From Capsulimonadales bacterium (GTDB lineage: Bacteria; Armatimonadota; Armatimonadia; Armatimonadales; Armatimonadaceae), in the NCBI GenBank assembly GCA_033762295.1, contig JANRLW010000044.1, positions 1 to 38,250 of the forward strand: DNA of 38,250 nt, read 5' to 3'. The notes beneath the pieces were generated by a model. That model did no database searches and was not told the origin of the DNA. It saw only the letters and a program-made list of their open reading frames with translations. Made by a program: the position numbers and the translations under genes. Positions 36,835-38,250 of this stretch are shown here, piece by piece. The stretch's first letter is position 1. Every line of letters starts with the position of its first letter.

Positions 36835-38193
36835 ATGAACATCTGTGTTATCGGAACGGGGTACGTCGGCCTGGTGACCGGCGTCGTCTTTTCCGACCTT
36901 GGCAACGAGGTTATTTGCGTCGACAAAAACGAGGAAAAGGTCGCTCTGCTCCGGGCGGGCATCATGCCGATCTACGAACCGGGTCTTGAGGAGATGGTCG
37001 CCCGTAACGCCGACGAGGGACGCCTGACGTTCACCTCCGACCTCGAGGGCTCCGTTCGCAAGGCGGAAGTCATTTTCATCTGCGTCGGCACTCCTCCCAA
37101 GGAGGACGGCTCCACGGACATGAGCCAGGTGGAAAGCGCGGCGCGTGGCGTCGCCGCCGCCATGGATCGATACAAGGTCATCGTCAATAAGTCCACGGTT
37201 CCGGTCGGGACCGGCGATTTCGTCCGCAATATCATCGAGACCAATAAACGGCGAAACGTCGACTTCGATGTCGTCTCCAATCCGGAGTTTCTGCGCGAAG
37301 GGTCCGCGATTCAGGATACGCTGAACCCGGACCGGATCGTGATCGGCGCCCCGAACCAGATCGTCGCGATGAAAATCCTTGAGCTGTATGCGCCGCTGGA
37401 ACGCCCGATGATCATCACCGATGTCGCTTCCGCCGAGATGATCAAGTACGCTTCCAACGCCTTCCTGGCGACCAAGATCTCCTTTGCCAACGCCATCGCC
37501 AATATCTGCGAGGCGGTCGGCGCGGATGTCGTTCAGGTCGTGAAGGGGATGGGGCTCGACAAACGAATCGGCGCGGCCTTCCTCAATGCCGGTCTGGGCT
37601 ACGGTGGCTCCTGTTTCCCGAAGGACTCCAGCTCTCTGCTGCACACCGCCCGTGCCGTCGGCTACGATTTTCCGCTGCTTGCCGCGACGATCGAAACCAA
37701 TGAGATCCAGCCCAAACTCTTCATCCGTAAAATGGAATCCGCGCTGGGCGGGTTCGAAGGGAAGCGGATCGCGGTTCTCGGACTGGCGTTCAAGGCCAAT
37801 ACGGACGACATGCGGGATGCGAAAAGCATCGACGTCATCTCCGCTCTGCTGGCGGGCGGCGCGACCGTGACCGCGTACGACCCGATCGCGATGGAGAACA
37901 CCAAGCGAATCTTCCCGCAGATCGGTTATGCCAAAAACGCGTTCGAGGCCGCTCAGGACGCCGATGCGGTTGTCGTCGTCACCGAGTGGAACGAGTTCAA
38001 GCAGATCAACCTTGATAAGCTCCGGGAAACCATGAAAGGAACGTTCGTCTTCGACGGTCGAAACCTGTACGACCCGCAGAAGATGCAGCGACTGGGCTTC
38101 GAGTATGTCTGCGTCGGTCGCCCCTCCGTTGGCCGAACCTCGGTTCGCGCGGTGCCCGGGCCGACCAACACTCCGTTTGCCGCGGATAAATAG
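36835..38193 (+). CDS. ugd: UDP-glucose 6-dehydrogenase
   Basis: IGTGYVGL, PIYEPGL, ICVGTP, NKSTVPVGT, SNPEFLREG, catalytic GYGGSCFPKD, GLAFKANTDDMR. Confidence 0.95.
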   Translation: MNICVIGTGYVGLVTGVVFSDLGNEVICVDKNEEKVALLRAGIMPIYEPGLEEMVARNADEGRLTFTSDLEGSVRKAEVIFICVGTPPKEDGSTDMSQVESAARGVAAAMDRYKVIVNKSTVPVGTGDFVRNIIETNKRRNVDFDVVSNPEFLREGSAIQDTLNPDRIVIGAPNQIVAMKILELYAPLERPMIITDVASAEMIKYASNAFLATKISFANAIANICEAVGADVVQVVKGMGLDKRIGAAFLNAGLGYGGSCFPKDSSSLLHTARAVGYDFPLLAATIETNEIQPKLFIRKMESALGGFEGKRIAVLGLAFKANTDDMRDAKSIDVISALLAGGATVTAYDPIAMENTKRIFPQIGYAKNAFEAAQDADAVVVVTEWNEFKQINLDKLRETMKGTFVFDGRNLYDPQKMQRLGFEYVCVGRPSVGRTSVRAVPGPTNTPFAADK

Positions 38194-38211
38194 AACCGTT
38201 TGATCGGGCAG

Positions 38212-38250
38212 GCCCGGCCCCGCCGAACCGCGTGTTCGGCGGGGCCGGGC
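38212..38250 (+). terminator. Long GC-rich hairpin after ugd
   Basis: GCCCGGCCCCGCCGAAC-CGCGT-GTTCGGCGGGGCCGGGC, a perfect 17-bp stem. Any U-tract would lie beyond the window. Confidence 0.7.

Overview
A GC-rich bacterial chromosomal segment, densely coding, with no integrase, transposase, prophage or CRISPR array visible. The gene mix suggests Armatimonadota or a related Terrabacteria lineage (inference only). The left arm (1-13.3 kb, minus strand) carries a bicupin, a SARP/BTAD-NB-ARC-TPR regulator, ftsK, yajQ, rimO, a 657-aa protein that looks like tandem winged-helix domains, and a class A PBP that runs off the window and is missing from the ORF track. The middle (13.5-25.9 kb, plus strand) encodes mostly exported proteins: a Tat glycosylasparaginase, an SGNH hydrolase, a 2029-aa alpha-2-macroglobulin with an intact thioester, mobA, a GH13 amylase, a lipoprotein and an aldo/keto reductase. 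The right arm has tRNA-Ser(GGA), an MDR dehydrogenase, glsA, a HAF-repeat protein, a 2-hydroxyacid dehydrogenase, Uma2, VanZ, a redoxin-cytochrome c-copper monooxygenase fusion, an HldE-type kinase and ugd. The most notable signals are: 11-bp-phased CACG repeats on both sides of the SARP module, one set just upstream of the ftsK promoter; a perfect sigma70 promoter reading into a terminator-like leader of rimO; the multi-wHTH protein; the fused copper monooxygenase; many apparently leaderless genes; and two unannotated small membrane proteins.
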